NCBI GenBank assembly: GCA_046290465.1
Contig: JBKAGP010000001.1
Location: forward strand, 4,352,001 to 4,416,000
DNA length: 64,000 nucleotides
Reading direction: 5' to 3'
Source: Planctomycetota bacterium
GTDB lineage: Bacteria; Planctomycetota; UBA1135; UBA2386
Below the pieces are notes generated by a model. The model worked only from the letters and a program-made list of their open reading frames with translations. It did not search any database and had not been told where the DNA came from. The translations under genes were made by a program, and so were the position numbers. Of this stretch, positions 20,674 to 29,941 are shown in pieces; within the stretch, counting starts at the first letter, position 1, and every line of letters begins with the position of its first letter.

Positions 20674-22773
20674 CTATTTCGCCGCGCCGGAGCGCAGCTC
20701 GTCGACGATGCGGCCCATGCCGTAGACGTGCTGCAGCGCCTGCACGATCGCGTCGGTGTGCACACTGACCGCGCGCGCGACGTCCTGGGTGTAGTAGAAG
20801 TCGTTGGCGAGCGACTCGATGTTGCCGTCGAAGATCAGGCCGACGACGCGTAGGTCGCGGTCGACCACGCACGAGCCGGAGTTGCCGCCGACGATGTCGT
20901 TGGTGCTCGCGAAGCAGACCTTCTGCGAGAGGTCGACGGCGTCGCGGTTGTCGAGCCACGGCTGCGGGATGTCGAACGGATACTCGTTGCCGAACGACGC
21001 GCCGCGGCCGTAGAGGCCGTAGAACGTCGTCGCCCACGGCGCGACCGTGCCGTTGTAGTCGTAGCCCTTCACCGTGCCATCCGAGAACCGCAGCGTCATC
21101 GTCGCGTCCGGGCTGATGTCGGTGCCGTAGACCGCGAACAGGGCGCGACCGAGGCGGGTGCCCTGCGTCGCGAAGCCGCCGTCGAGCAATTCCTGGGTGC
21201 GCTCGGCGGCGCGCATCAGCGGCCACAGCACGCGCGCGACCCGCACGCCCAGGTCCTCGCTCGCGGCCCACCGTTCGGCGGCCTCCTCGGCTGTCAGGAT
21301 CTCGCGCACGAACCCGTCGCGCGTCAGCTTGCTGCGGCGCAGGTCGCCGAGCGCGGCGGCCCAGTTGGTGCCGCGACCGGAGCGGTGTTCGCCGCCGACC
21401 ACGGCCAGGTAGGCGTCGTCGCGCGGCAGCCACTTCTCGGCGCGTTCGAACTGGTCGACCAGCAGCGCGTGGGTCAGCGGGCTGCTGCCACCGCCGAACT
21501 GCAGCGCCTGTTCGCGCGCCTGCGTGCGCTGCTGTTCGTCGACCGTCTCGTCGAGTGCCTGCGCGACCAGCACGCCGCGCTGCAACACGCTCGAGAAGCC
21601 GGGCTGGTGGAACATCGTGCGCGGCAGCAGTTCCTTCTGCTTCTGTACGAGCACGTTGATCTCGCGCCACAGGTCGCCGTACTGCTTGCCGAGCTCCGGG
21701 CTCTCCGAGACCGCGCCGCGGAAGTGCAGCTCGTTGGCGCGCTTCTTGGCCATCAGGTCGTCGTCGTGCAGGCCGTCGAGCATGCCCTGGATGGCCTTGT
21801 AGCTGTTCTGCCAGCTCAGCAGCGTCGTCAGCAGGCCGGGCGCGCGGTCCTTGAACGGTTCGAGGATGCGGATGCTGTGGGCGAACTGCTCGACGACCAT
21901 CGGGTACTCGAGGTCGCGCTGCAGTTCGAGCTGCTGCATCGTCAACTGGCGGTTGGTGTTGCCCGGGTTGCCCGGCACGAACACCAGGTCGCCGTCGCGA
22001 GCGCCTTGCTGGCGCCACCGGAAGTAGTGCGCCGACGTGTCCGCCGGCTTGCCGTCGACGTAGGCCCGCACGAACGAGAAGTCGATGCTCCAGCGCGGGT
22101 AGGTGAAGTTGTCGGGGTCGCCGCCGTAGTGCGCGGTCTGCAGGTGCGGTGCCACGACGAGGCGCAGGTCGTCCCACACGCGGTAGCGGTAGAGCTGGTG
22201 CACGGCGCCCTGGTAGAGCGCGACGACCTGGTGCAGGTGGCCTTCGTGCGCCGCGTCGGCGGCCTGCACGATCGCGTCGATGTTCGCCTTGCGCTTGTTG
22301 GCCGCGGTGACGTCGTCGTCCTCGGCGGTGATGCCGTCGTCGACCCTGGCGGTGACGTCCTCCTGCGCCAGCAGCTGCTGCACGGTCAGGCCGGGGATCT
22401 TGACCTCGTCGTCGAGCGACGTCGCGGCGAAGCCGTTCTTGACCCAGTCGTCGGGTCCCTGCACCTGCGCGATCTGGTCCCGCACGCAGTGGTGGTTGGT
22501 CATGATCAGGCCCTGCGGCGACACGAACGACGCCGAACACCACGGGTTGTCGCGTTCGCCGAGGCGCAGCGCCCCGAGCCGCAGCGAGTCGAGCCACTTC
22601 TGGTCGGGCCGGAAGCCGTACTCCTTCTCGAGATACGCCAAGGGCGGGTTCTCGAAGGTCCACATCTTGCCGAGCGCGAGGTGGTCGGCCTCGAGCCTGG
22701 CGGTCGGATTCTGGGCGAACGTGGAGGCGCACAGCAGCAGCGCTGCGAGCGCGGTCGAAACCGGTCGGTGCAT
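20674..22773 (-). CDS. S46 family dipeptidyl peptidase
   Basis: GKMWTF, CSASFVSPQGLIMTNHHC (His), DIVGGNSGS (Ser), GLIFDGN; signal peptide ending TFA-Q. Confidence 0.93.
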   Translation of the reverse strand: MHRPVSTALAALLLCASTFAQNPTARLEADHLALGKMWTFENPPLAYLEKEYGFRPDQKWLDSLRLGALRLGERDNPWCSASFVSPQGLIMTNHHCVRDQIAQVQGPDDWVKNGFAATSLDDEVKIPGLTVQQLLAQEDVTARVDDGITAEDDDVTAANKRKANIDAIVQAADAAHEGHLHQVVALYQGAVHQLYRYRVWDDLRLVVAPHLQTAHYGGDPDNFTYPRWSIDFSFVRAYVDGKPADTSAHYFRWRQQGARDGDLVFVPGNPGNTNRQLTMQQLELQRDLEYPMVVEQFAHSIRILEPFKDRAPGLLTTLLSWQNSYKAIQGMLDGLHDDDLMAKKRANELHFRGAVSESPELGKQYGDLWREINVLVQKQKELLPRTMFHQPGFSSVLQRGVLVAQALDETVDEQQRTQAREQALQFGGGSSPLTHALLVDQFERAEKWLPRDDAYLAVVGGEHRSGRGTNWAAALGDLRRSKLTRDGFVREILTAEEAAERWAASEDLGVRVARVLWPLMRAAERTQELLDGGFATQGTRLGRALFAVYGTDISPDATMTLRFSDGTVKGYDYNGTVAPWATTFYGLYGRGASFGNEYPFDIPQPWLDNRDAVDLSQKVCFASTNDIVGGNSGSCVVDRDLRVVGLIFDGNIESLANDFYYTQDVARAVSVHTDAIVQALQHVYGMGRIVDELRSGAAK

Positions 22774-22809
22774 CGTCTCGGAGGGTTCGGTCGGAGGGGG
22801 CCGACCAGC

Positions 22810-24012
22810 CTAACCGCGGTCCAGACGGGCGACGAGTTCGACGTGCTCGGTGTGCGGGAACAGGTCGCACAGGCGCATCGCCGTCACCCGGTAGCCGGCT
22901 TCGGTCAGCGGGCCGAGGTCGCGCTGCAGCGCCTCGGCGGCGCACGCGACGTAGACCAGCCGCTGCGGGCGGCTCTTCAGGACGGCGGCGACGCCGCCCT
23001 GCTGCAAACCCGAGCGCGGCGGGTCGACGACCATGACGTCGACGCCTTCGGGCAGCTCGGCCTTGGGGAACGACGCGCGCTGCACGCGGACCTGCGGCAG
23101 GTCGTTGTCGGCGGCGTTGGCCTCGGCGTCGCGGCACGCCGCCGCGTTGTCCTCGACGACCAGCACGTCGGTGGCGCCGGCCCTGGCGAGCCGCAGGCCG
23201 AACGCGCCGATGCCGCCGTAGCCGTCGACGACCCGCTTGCCGGTGACGTCGCCGCACATCGCGATCGCCGGCGCGTAGAGCAGTTGGTAGGCGCCGCTGT
23301 GGATCTGGTAGAAGCTGCCGGCGCTGATCCGGAACGTCAGGCCGTCGCGCTTGTCGACGATGTAGTCGCGGCCGCGCAGCGGCACGTGGCGGTCCCCGAG
23401 CAGGAACTGGTCGTCGCGGTCGCTGATCGAGTGGATCACGCCGACCAGTCGCCGCGGTCGACCGCGCTGCGGCAGGTCCTGGGCGGCCCGTTCGAGCAAT
23501 TCGGCGAAGCGCGGCCCGTCGGCGAACGGCCCTGGCCGCGTCACCAGCCCGGCGAGCACCTCACCGCTGCCGCTCGCCAGCCGCGCCCAGAACGCCTTGG
23601 CGATGCCGCGGCGGCGATTCGGCTGGAAGCCCTCGAGCCGCAGTTCGCGCAGGATGCCCTCGACGCGCTTGCCGAGCTCGGTCAGCCACAGGTCCTGCGT
23701 CTGGCACTCGTCGATGCGCACCACGTGGTGGCTGCGATACTCGTAGATGCCGAGCACCGGCTGGCGGTCGCGGTCCTGCCGCACCGGGTAGAGCAGCCGC
23801 GAACGGAAGTAGCGCTGCGGTCGCTGCGGCAACTGGTGCTCGATGCGCACGTCCCCGAGGAACGGCGCCAGCATCTCTTCGCACTCCCGCACCTTGTCGT
23901 GCAGCTGCCACGCCACCGGCTGGTCGAGCAGCGAGCAGCCACCACAGACCCCGAAGTGCCGACACGAAAAGGTCTGCTCACCAAAATCCACACCACGCTG
24001 CTGTCGACGCAC
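22810..24012 (-). CDS. rlmD: 23S rRNA (uracil-5-)-methyltransferase, RlmD/TrmA family
   Basis: CRHFGVCGGC Fe-S motif, SFYQI, VDPPRSG, YVAC, DLFPHTEHVE; GTG 24012 lies 6 nt after TACTCT (GTG 23991 is an alternative). Confidence 0.88.
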   Translation of the reverse strand: MRRQQRGVDFGEQTFSCRHFGVCGGCSLLDQPVAWQLHDKVRECEEMLAPFLGDVRIEHQLPQRPQRYFRSRLLYPVRQDRDRQPVLGIYEYRSHHVVRIDECQTQDLWLTELGKRVEGILRELRLEGFQPNRRRGIAKAFWARLASGSGEVLAGLVTRPGPFADGPRFAELLERAAQDLPQRGRPRRLVGVIHSISDRDDQFLLGDRHVPLRGRDYIVDKRDGLTFRISAGSFYQIHSGAYQLLYAPAIAMCGDVTGKRVVDGYGGIGAFGLRLARAGATDVLVVEDNAAACRDAEANAADNDLPQVRVQRASFPKAELPEGVDVMVVDPPRSGLQQGGVAAVLKSRPQRLVYVACAAEALQRDLGPLTEAGYRVTAMRLCDLFPHTEHVELVARLDRG

Positions 24013-24021
24013 CCCCCGAGA

Positions 24022-24060
24022 GTAGCCGTACGGTACGCGGTTCATCCTCCAACTTTCGCG
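24022..24060. repeat. REP-like element, family A
   Basis: GTAGCC then GTACGGTACGCGGTTCATCCTCCAACTTTCGCG (24028-24060), the exact reverse complement of 27928-27960. Confidence 0.8.
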
Positions 24061-24101
24061 CGCGGGCCTCGCCACCCGCGAACCCCCGCGCCGTTTCGCC
24101 G

Positions 24102-26006
24102 CTACGGGCAGATCACCAGGTCGACGCCGTTGCTCAGACTCAGCGGAACGTCGAACACGGCCTGCAGGTCGGCGCGCAGGCCGATCAGCGGCGGCAGGTT
24201 GGGGATCGGCAGCGGCAGCGAGCCGGCGCCGTTCGCATCCGTGGTGATCGGCACGACCCCGATCAGGTTGGCGGTGTCGACCAGCAGGATGCCCTGCGGC
24301 AGCACGGTGACCGCCGGCGCCAGCGCCAGCGCCAGCACCCCGGTCGTCGACGTTCCGGCGTTGCTCCAGGCGATCGTCGCGACGTCGCCGGGCGAGGTCG
24401 TCCCCGAGGCGTCGAGCAGGCTGGTGTTGCTGCCACCGAGCCCGGTGCCGTAGCGCTGCAGGCCGCACAGCGCAAAGCTCTGCGGTGCGGTCGTGGTGCT
24501 GTTGCCGCGCCGATCCGTCGCGGTCAGCGTGAAGTCGACGGTGGCGCCGTTGCTCAGCAACCCGGTCGGCGGCGTGAACTCGGCGCGATACAGGAGGCCG
24601 CCGAGGAAGCGCAGCGGCGTGCTGCCCGACGTGGTGCCGGCGATGTGCGTGATGGTCCAGTCGAGCGTCGCGCTGGCGACCGACGTCTCGCCGTCGTCGA
24701 CCATCGAGTCCTGGATCACGGCGCGCACGATCCATGGCCCTTCCGGATCGCTGCGCGTCGCCGCGAACGGCTCGACGTGCACGAACCGCGGCGGCTGCGT
24801 GTCGGCCGGGCCGGTGCCGTAATAGACCCGGTTGGTGTAGTTGCCGAACTCACCCTGCGCCGTCAGGATGTCGAACACCCCGTCGCCGTTGATGTCGCCG
24901 ACCGCGACGTCGAGCGTCGGGTCGGTGACCGGCGAGAACCCGGCCGTGCCGTTCTGCCGCGCGAACGAGAACGCGCCGTTGTTGACGTAGAGCTTCTCGG
25001 CGCCGTAGGTCAGCGAGCCGTTGACGAGGTCGAGGAAGCCGTCGTTGTCGCTGTCGACGAACAGCCACTCGTTGTCGTCCTGGCCGTTGCCGCCGGTCAG
25101 CGCGCTGGCCAACGTGCTGAACGAGAGGTTGCCGGTCGGGATCAGGTTGTTGCGCAGCACGGCGTCGGTCGTGCCGCTGACCGACAGGATCGCCAGATCG
25201 AGGTCGCCGTCGTGGTCGAGGTCGGCGGCCTCGGCCTCGTAGGTCAGGCTGCCGCCGGCCGGCAGCAGCGACGTGGTCACCGTCAGGAAGCGACCGGTGC
25301 CGTCGTTGAAGTAGATCTGCTGCCCCGCCGACTTGCCGACGTTGACGCAATCGAGGTCGAAGTCGTTGTCGACATCGAACAGGACCACGTCCTGCTGGTT
25401 GCTCTTGGGCGCGTTCGCGACGTGCGTCGCCGTGACGTTGCTGAAGTTACCGGCGCCGTCGTTGAGGAACAGCTTGAGCTGGCCGTTGTTGAGTTCGTCG
25501 TTGAGGAACAGGTCGTAGTCGCCGTCCTGGTCGACGTCGCCGTAGGCGCAGCCGGCCACCGCCAGGTTGAGCGCACCGAGGCGCTGCACCGACTCGTCGG
25601 TGAAGTTGCCGGTGCCGTCGTTGACGTAGAGCCGCTGCTGGCTCGGTCCGTTGCACGAGAACAGCAGGTCGAGGTCTCCGTCGTTCTCGATGTCGAACGC
25701 GATCGCGAGCGTTCCGCGGATCGCCGTGTTGGGGATGCGCGGTGTGGTCTCGTCGACGAACCCGAGGCCCTGCGCGATCTTGTTGATCAGGATCGTCGGC
25801 CGGATCGCCTGGCCGCTCGGCGACAGCACGTAGCCATTGGCGAACACGGCATCGAGGTCGCCGTCCCCGTCGACGTCGACGAGCAGGCAGCCCTCGCTGC
25901 GCACCGTCGGTCCGGTCACCAGGCCGACTTGCTGTTGGTAGAGATACTGGGCGTTCGCGAACGGACAGAGCGCGAGCGCAGCGACGGTCAGGTGGGTCGA
26001 TTTCAC
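24102..26006 (-). CDS. exported FG-GAP/VCBS-repeat protein with shared C-terminal domain
   Basis: seven DxDxDGDxD-type repeats with LYxNDGxGxF; signal peptide ending ANA-Q; C terminus LQAVFDVPLSLSNGVDLVICP. Confidence 0.88.
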   Translation of the reverse strand: MKSTHLTVAALALCPFANAQYLYQQQVGLVTGPTVRSEGCLLVDVDGDGDLDAVFANGYVLSPSGQAIRPTILINKIAQGLGFVDETTPRIPNTAIRGTLAIAFDIENDGDLDLLFSCNGPSQQRLYVNDGTGNFTDESVQRLGALNLAVAGCAYGDVDQDGDYDLFLNDELNNGQLKLFLNDGAGNFSNVTATHVANAPKSNQQDVVLFDVDNDFDLDCVNVGKSAGQQIYFNDGTGRFLTVTTSLLPAGGSLTYEAEAADLDHDGDLDLAILSVSGTTDAVLRNNLIPTGNLSFSTLASALTGGNGQDDNEWLFVDSDNDGFLDLVNGSLTYGAEKLYVNNGAFSFARQNGTAGFSPVTDPTLDVAVGDINGDGVFDILTAQGEFGNYTNRVYYGTGPADTQPPRFVHVEPFAATRSDPEGPWIVRAVIQDSMVDDGETSVASATLDWTITHIAGTTSGSTPLRFLGGLLYRAEFTPPTGLLSNGATVDFTLTATDRRGNSTTTAPQSFALCGLQRYGTGLGGSNTSLLDASGTTSPGDVATIAWSNAGTSTTGVLALALAPAVTVLPQGILLVDTANLIGVVPITTDANGAGSLPLPIPNLPPLIGLRADLQAVFDVPLSLSNGVDLVICP

Positions 26007-26066
26007 GGGTGCATCCGAGGGGCCCACGGAGTGTAGCGGGCGCCTCGCTGTCTGCGAGCCGCGCCG

Positions 26067-26240
26067 CTACTCGGGGGTGAAGCGGATGCGGTGGACCTGC
26101 ACCTCGGTCGCGGAGTGCGTGACCAGCAGTTGGTGCTCGACCGAAAGTTCGAAGTGCTCGACGCGGTGGGGGCGTCATCGTGGTGCCCGGCCCGGTCCCC
26201 GCCGACGCCAGGGTGTCCTTGCCGATGTAGCCGCTGGCAC
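26067..26240 (-). pseudogene. possible relic 3' gene fragment (...HRVEHFELSVEHQLLVTHSATEVQVHRIRFTPE*)
   Basis: coding-like codon bias ending at TAG 26069-26067, but the frame is broken upstream and has no start. Confidence 0.3.
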
Positions 26241-26277
26241 CTTGACGGCGGGATCGCAGGTCGCGAACACTCGTCAT

Positions 26278-27879
26278 ATGAGGCTCTCTCTCCCATGCGT
26301 CGCGCTGGCCCTGACCACGGCCGCGCTGTCCCAGAGCAACGCCATCCCCGGCACCGACATCTCGGTCTACGACGTCGTCACTCCGGTCGTCTGTGGCCGG
26401 ACCGGGCCGGCCTGGCCCAACGGCACCGCGGGCGTCTCGATCGGCCACTCGATGGCCAACTGCGGCAGCGTGCACGTGCCGTGGTACGGACAGCAGAACG
26501 GCGTGATGGTCGATCCCTACCCGAAGATCGCGTTCCTGCTGGCGCGCGAGAGTGGCGGCCGGATGGTGCAGATCAGCGGCAAGAGCTTCATGAAGCACTC
26601 GCGCATCGCGTTCAACTTCAGCGGCGGCAGTCCGTGCGGTCCGTGCCAGTCGGGCCCGTCGCAGACGTTCCGCATCGGCTGCTTCGACATCTACAGCGCC
26701 GGCTTCAACGGCAGCCGCACCAACCTGGGCCCGACCACCGAGGTCGATCCGTGGCTCGGCACGTGGGATCCGCTCGGCAGCTACTTCGACATCGGCGATC
26801 CTGCGCAGGCCAACTACCCCGCGCCGGCCGACTCCGTGCAATCGCTCGACCCGACGGGCTTCGACCAGGTCAAGAATCGCATGGAGGTGCCCGAGATCGA
26901 ACTCAGCGCATCGGGCAACTTCTACGGCCAGAACCAGGTCGTCGTGATCGGGGAGCCGGTCGCCAATCGCGGCAACAACCTGGTCTCGGCGAACATGGAC
27001 TTCTGGTGGGACGGCACCCAGTGGAACGCCGTCGGCGGCAGCGCGGTGCAGGCCGGCTCGGTGCTCAACCGCTGGAACGGCGCGACCACCAGCATGGGCC
27101 AGAACGGCAACGACGACGGCCGCTTCCTGGTCGCGGTCAAGGTGACCGGGCCGGTCGACGGCATGTGGCACTACGAGTACGCGGTGCACAACATCGACAA
27201 CCATCGCGGCGGCGCGTCGCTGCGCATTCCGGTGTGTGCGACCGCGCGCGTCGAGAACCTCGGCTTCCGCGACATCGACCAGGATCCGCTCGACGACTGG
27301 TCGATGACCCGCAACGGCGGTTCGATCGACTTCCTCGCGTCGGCGAGCAACCCGCTCGACTGGAACACGTTCTACAACTTCTACTTCGACAGCGACGCGG
27401 CGCCGGTCGCCGGCGACGTGAGCATCGACCAGGCGCGGCTCGGTCCGGGTGCCCTGTCGGTCGACGTCGCGACGACGGTGCCCGGCCTGCTCGGCACCGA
27501 GCACCTCGGCGCCGGCTGCGGTTCGCCCGCGCCGGCGATCTTCGCCAACGGCGTGCCGAGTTCGCCCAACCCCAACTACGGCCTCGACCTGCAGGCGACG
27601 CCGTCGTCGACGGTGGTGCTGGTGTTCTCGAGCCAGGCGCAGAGCGCGCCGTTCGGCGGCTGCACGGTGTTCGTCGACAGCGCGACGCTGCTGGCGAGCG
27701 AACTCGTCGCCGTCGATGCCAGCGGCGCCGCGAGCTACTCGATCCCGATCCCGCCCGGCATGACCCCGGTCGACCTCACCGCCCAGGCCTTCGAAGTGCG
27801 CACCGGCGGCCCCCTGCTCGGCTTCCTCGCCGCCAGCAACGGCCTCCGCATCCGCGGCGCCGCGACCGGCTGCCCCTGA
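26278..27879 (+). CDS. exported Cys-containing hypothetical protein with shared C-terminal domain
   Basis: signal peptide ending ALS-Q; strong codon bias; WHYEYAVHNID; C terminus LGAGC...TAQAF...ASNGLRIRG. Confidence 0.85.
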   Translation: MRLSLPCVALALTTAALSQSNAIPGTDISVYDVVTPVVCGRTGPAWPNGTAGVSIGHSMANCGSVHVPWYGQQNGVMVDPYPKIAFLLARESGGRMVQISGKSFMKHSRIAFNFSGGSPCGPCQSGPSQTFRIGCFDIYSAGFNGSRTNLGPTTEVDPWLGTWDPLGSYFDIGDPAQANYPAPADSVQSLDPTGFDQVKNRMEVPEIELSASGNFYGQNQVVVIGEPVANRGNNLVSANMDFWWDGTQWNAVGGSAVQAGSVLNRWNGATTSMGQNGNDDGRFLVAVKVTGPVDGMWHYEYAVHNIDNHRGGASLRIPVCATARVENLGFRDIDQDPLDDWSMTRNGGSIDFLASASNPLDWNTFYNFYFDSDAAPVAGDVSIDQARLGPGALSVDVATTVPGLLGTEHLGAGCGSPAPAIFANGVPSSPNPNYGLDLQATPSSTVVLVFSSQAQSAPFGGCTVFVDSATLLASELVAVDASGAASYSIPIPPGMTPVDLTAQAFEVRTGGPLLGFLAASNGLRIRGAATGCP

Positions 27880-27881
27880 AA

Positions 27882-27960
27882 GTAGCCGCTGCGACGCGGT
27901 CATCCTCCAACTTCGCGGCGCAGCCGCCGCGAAAGTTGGAGGATGAACCGCGTACCGTAC
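27882..27960. repeat. REP doublet hairpin, family A
   Basis: GTAGCCG foot; arms 27894-27920 and 27925-27953 are inverted, with two 1-nt deletions in the left arm; lies between convergent genes. Confidence 0.8.
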
Positions 27961-27982
27961 CGCAACCTGGCGGTGTTCGCGT

Positions 27983-28534
27983 CTACCTGGCGCCGCGGGC
28001 GGAGACGTCGCGCTGTTCGACTTCGACCAGGCGACCGCGGCGAACGGTCATGCTGGTGACGCGTTCGACGTTGTGCTGGCCCTGGCGCATGCGGGCGCGC
28101 ACGACGTCGAGCTGCATGCCCTCGACGATCGGCAGCAGCGCCACGGCGCGGAAGCCCTCGTCGTCGCCCGGCAGCGAACGCTTGTCCTCGCGCACCAGAT
28201 CGCTGCTTTCCCAGACCCACTGGTCGTCGGCGGACACGAACTGGCACTTGTGGTTGCCGCGGTTCTTGCCGACGAGTCCGCCAGGACAGACGACGAACGG
28301 CTGCTCGATCCACGGCAGGCGGCCCAGGCCGTCGCGCGCGAACCCGGATTCGAACGCGGCCTCGATCACCGCCTCGGCGTCGCCACTCTCGCGCGCGCGC
28401 TTCTGCATCTCGTCGCGCAGCGCGGCGGCCAGTTCGATCAGCTGCTCGTCCGGCAGCTTGGCCGCGAGTTCGCTCGCGGTGTCGGGGTCTTCGCGCAGGT
28501 GGCGGACGATCGTGCCGTAGCGGCGGGTGGCCAT
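27983..28534 (-). CDS. hypothetical protein (183 aa)
   Basis: MATRRYGTIVRHLRED...; typical codon bias; TAGAGT 7 nt before ATG. Confidence 0.75.
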   Translation of the reverse strand: MATRRYGTIVRHLREDPDTASELAAKLPDEQLIELAAALRDEMQKRARESGDAEAVIEAAFESGFARDGLGRLPWIEQPFVVCPGGLVGKNRGNHKCQFVSADDQWVWESSDLVREDKRSLPGDDEGFRAVALLPIVEGMQLDVVRARMRQGQHNVERVTSMTVRRGRLVEVEQRDVSARGAR

Positions 28535-28753
28535 TTGGCGGACTCTACGGAAATCCTGGCGCGTTTCCGCTGCGGGTCGCCATGCGTTGCCCGGGCCGCG
28601 GCGCGCCCGCGAGCCGGCCACGAACGGTCCAACGTGCAGCTGCCGAAGCAGCGGATGGACCTGCAGCGCATCCACCGCCACCGCGAGATGCGGACGCGCG
28701 TGCTCGAACGGTTCGGCATGGTCGCGCCCTGACCGTGCGCATACCGTGCTCGC

Positions 28754-29929
28754 ATGCTGCTGCTCGCGACCGCGGTTCTGTCCTGTTCGCTGCCCCAGGG
28801 GCTGCTCGACCTCGAGGCCCTGCTGCGCGCCGACGAACGCTGCGCGCCGATCGTCGCGCGCGCGCGCGAGCACCGGCTGCAGGTGCTGGTGTCGGTGCCG
28901 GTCGTCGGCGACGACGGGCGCGTCACGCTGCAGCGCAGCCACTTCGGCGACGACGAGCGCTACTTCTACCCCGCCAGTTCGATCAAGCTGTGCGGCGCGG
29001 TCGCGGTGCTGCAGCGCCTCAACGCGCACAACCGCGAGCACGGCACCGCGCTGGGCCTCGACAGCACGATGATCGTCGAGCCGCGGTTCGACGGCGATCG
29101 ACGCATCCAGAAGGACGCGAGCAACGTCGTCGACGGGGTGCTGACCGTGCGCCACGCGCTGCGCAAGATGCTGATCGTCAGCGACAACGCCGCCTACAAC
29201 CACTGCTTCGAGCTGTGTGGTCCGGACGGCCTCAACCGCGCGATGTGGGCCGCGGGCCTGACGTCGACGCGCCTGTGGCACCGCCTCAGCGAGAGCCGCA
29301 CGCCGCGCGAGAACCGGCAGACGCGCACGGTGCGCATCGACGACGTGGCCTTCGTCGAGCGCGATGCGCCGATCGAACTTCGCAACGACGCGTTCGCCGA
29401 CCGCCGCTTCGGGGACGGCTACCTGGCCGGCGGCCGCAAGGTCGACGGTCCGATGTCGTTCGACGAGAAGAACGCGATCTCGCTGGTCGATCTGCAGGAC
29501 CTGATGGTCGAGGTCGTGCGGCCCGAGATCGACACCGGCAAGCGCGGCTTCCCCGGACTCGGCGTCAGCCAGCGGCTGTTCCTGCTCGACGCGATGAGCC
29601 AGCTGCCGCGTCAGTCGCGCAACCCGCGCTATCCCGACGTCGACGAGTTCTACTGCAAGCGGATCTTCCAGAGCGCCAGCCGGGTGGTGCCGTCCGGTCA
29701 TCTTCGCACCTTCAACAAGACCGGTCGCGCCTACGGTTTCTCGATCGAGAATGCCTACGTCGAGGATCGCCGCGGTGGCACCGGCTTCTTCCTGTCGGTC
29801 GTCGTCTACACCAATCCCGACGGCATCCTCAACGACGATCGCTACGGCTACGAGGAGATCGCGGACCCGTTCCTCGATGCGGTCGGCGAGGTGGTCACGC
29901 GGGCGGTGTCGGCGAGTCGGTCGCGCTAG
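28754..29929 (+). CDS. serine hydrolase, beta-lactamase class A-like fold
   Basis: YPASSIKL (SxxK), VSDN (SDN), NKTG (KTG). Confidence 0.85.
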   Translation: MLLLATAVLSCSLPQGLLDLEALLRADERCAPIVARAREHRLQVLVSVPVVGDDGRVTLQRSHFGDDERYFYPASSIKLCGAVAVLQRLNAHNREHGTALGLDSTMIVEPRFDGDRRIQKDASNVVDGVLTVRHALRKMLIVSDNAAYNHCFELCGPDGLNRAMWAAGLTSTRLWHRLSESRTPRENRQTRTVRIDDVAFVERDAPIELRNDAFADRRFGDGYLAGGRKVDGPMSFDEKNAISLVDLQDLMVEVVRPEIDTGKRGFPGLGVSQRLFLLDAMSQLPRQSRNPRYPDVDEFYCKRIFQSASRVVPSGHLRTFNKTGRAYGFSIENAYVEDRRGGTGFFLSVVVYTNPDGILNDDRYGYEEIADPFLDAVGEVVTRAVSASRSR

Positions 29930-29941
29930 AGTGGGCGCCGC

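Noticed and set aside
24013..24045. ATG 24045 as rlmD start (MNRVPYGYS...)
   Set aside because: The ATG and its GGAGG lie inside the REP repeat; the same ATG opens spurious MNPVRYAVF ORFs at family B copies.
24028..27960. Composite mobile element bounded by 33-bp perfect inverted repeats
   Set aside because: No transposase or target-site duplication, and the right repeat is one arm of a local hairpin. Independent REP copies explain it better.
28754..29929. Antibiotic-resistance beta-lactamase
   Set aside because: SxxK/SDN/KTG define only the fold. The protein is longer and divergent, and substrate cannot be inferred.
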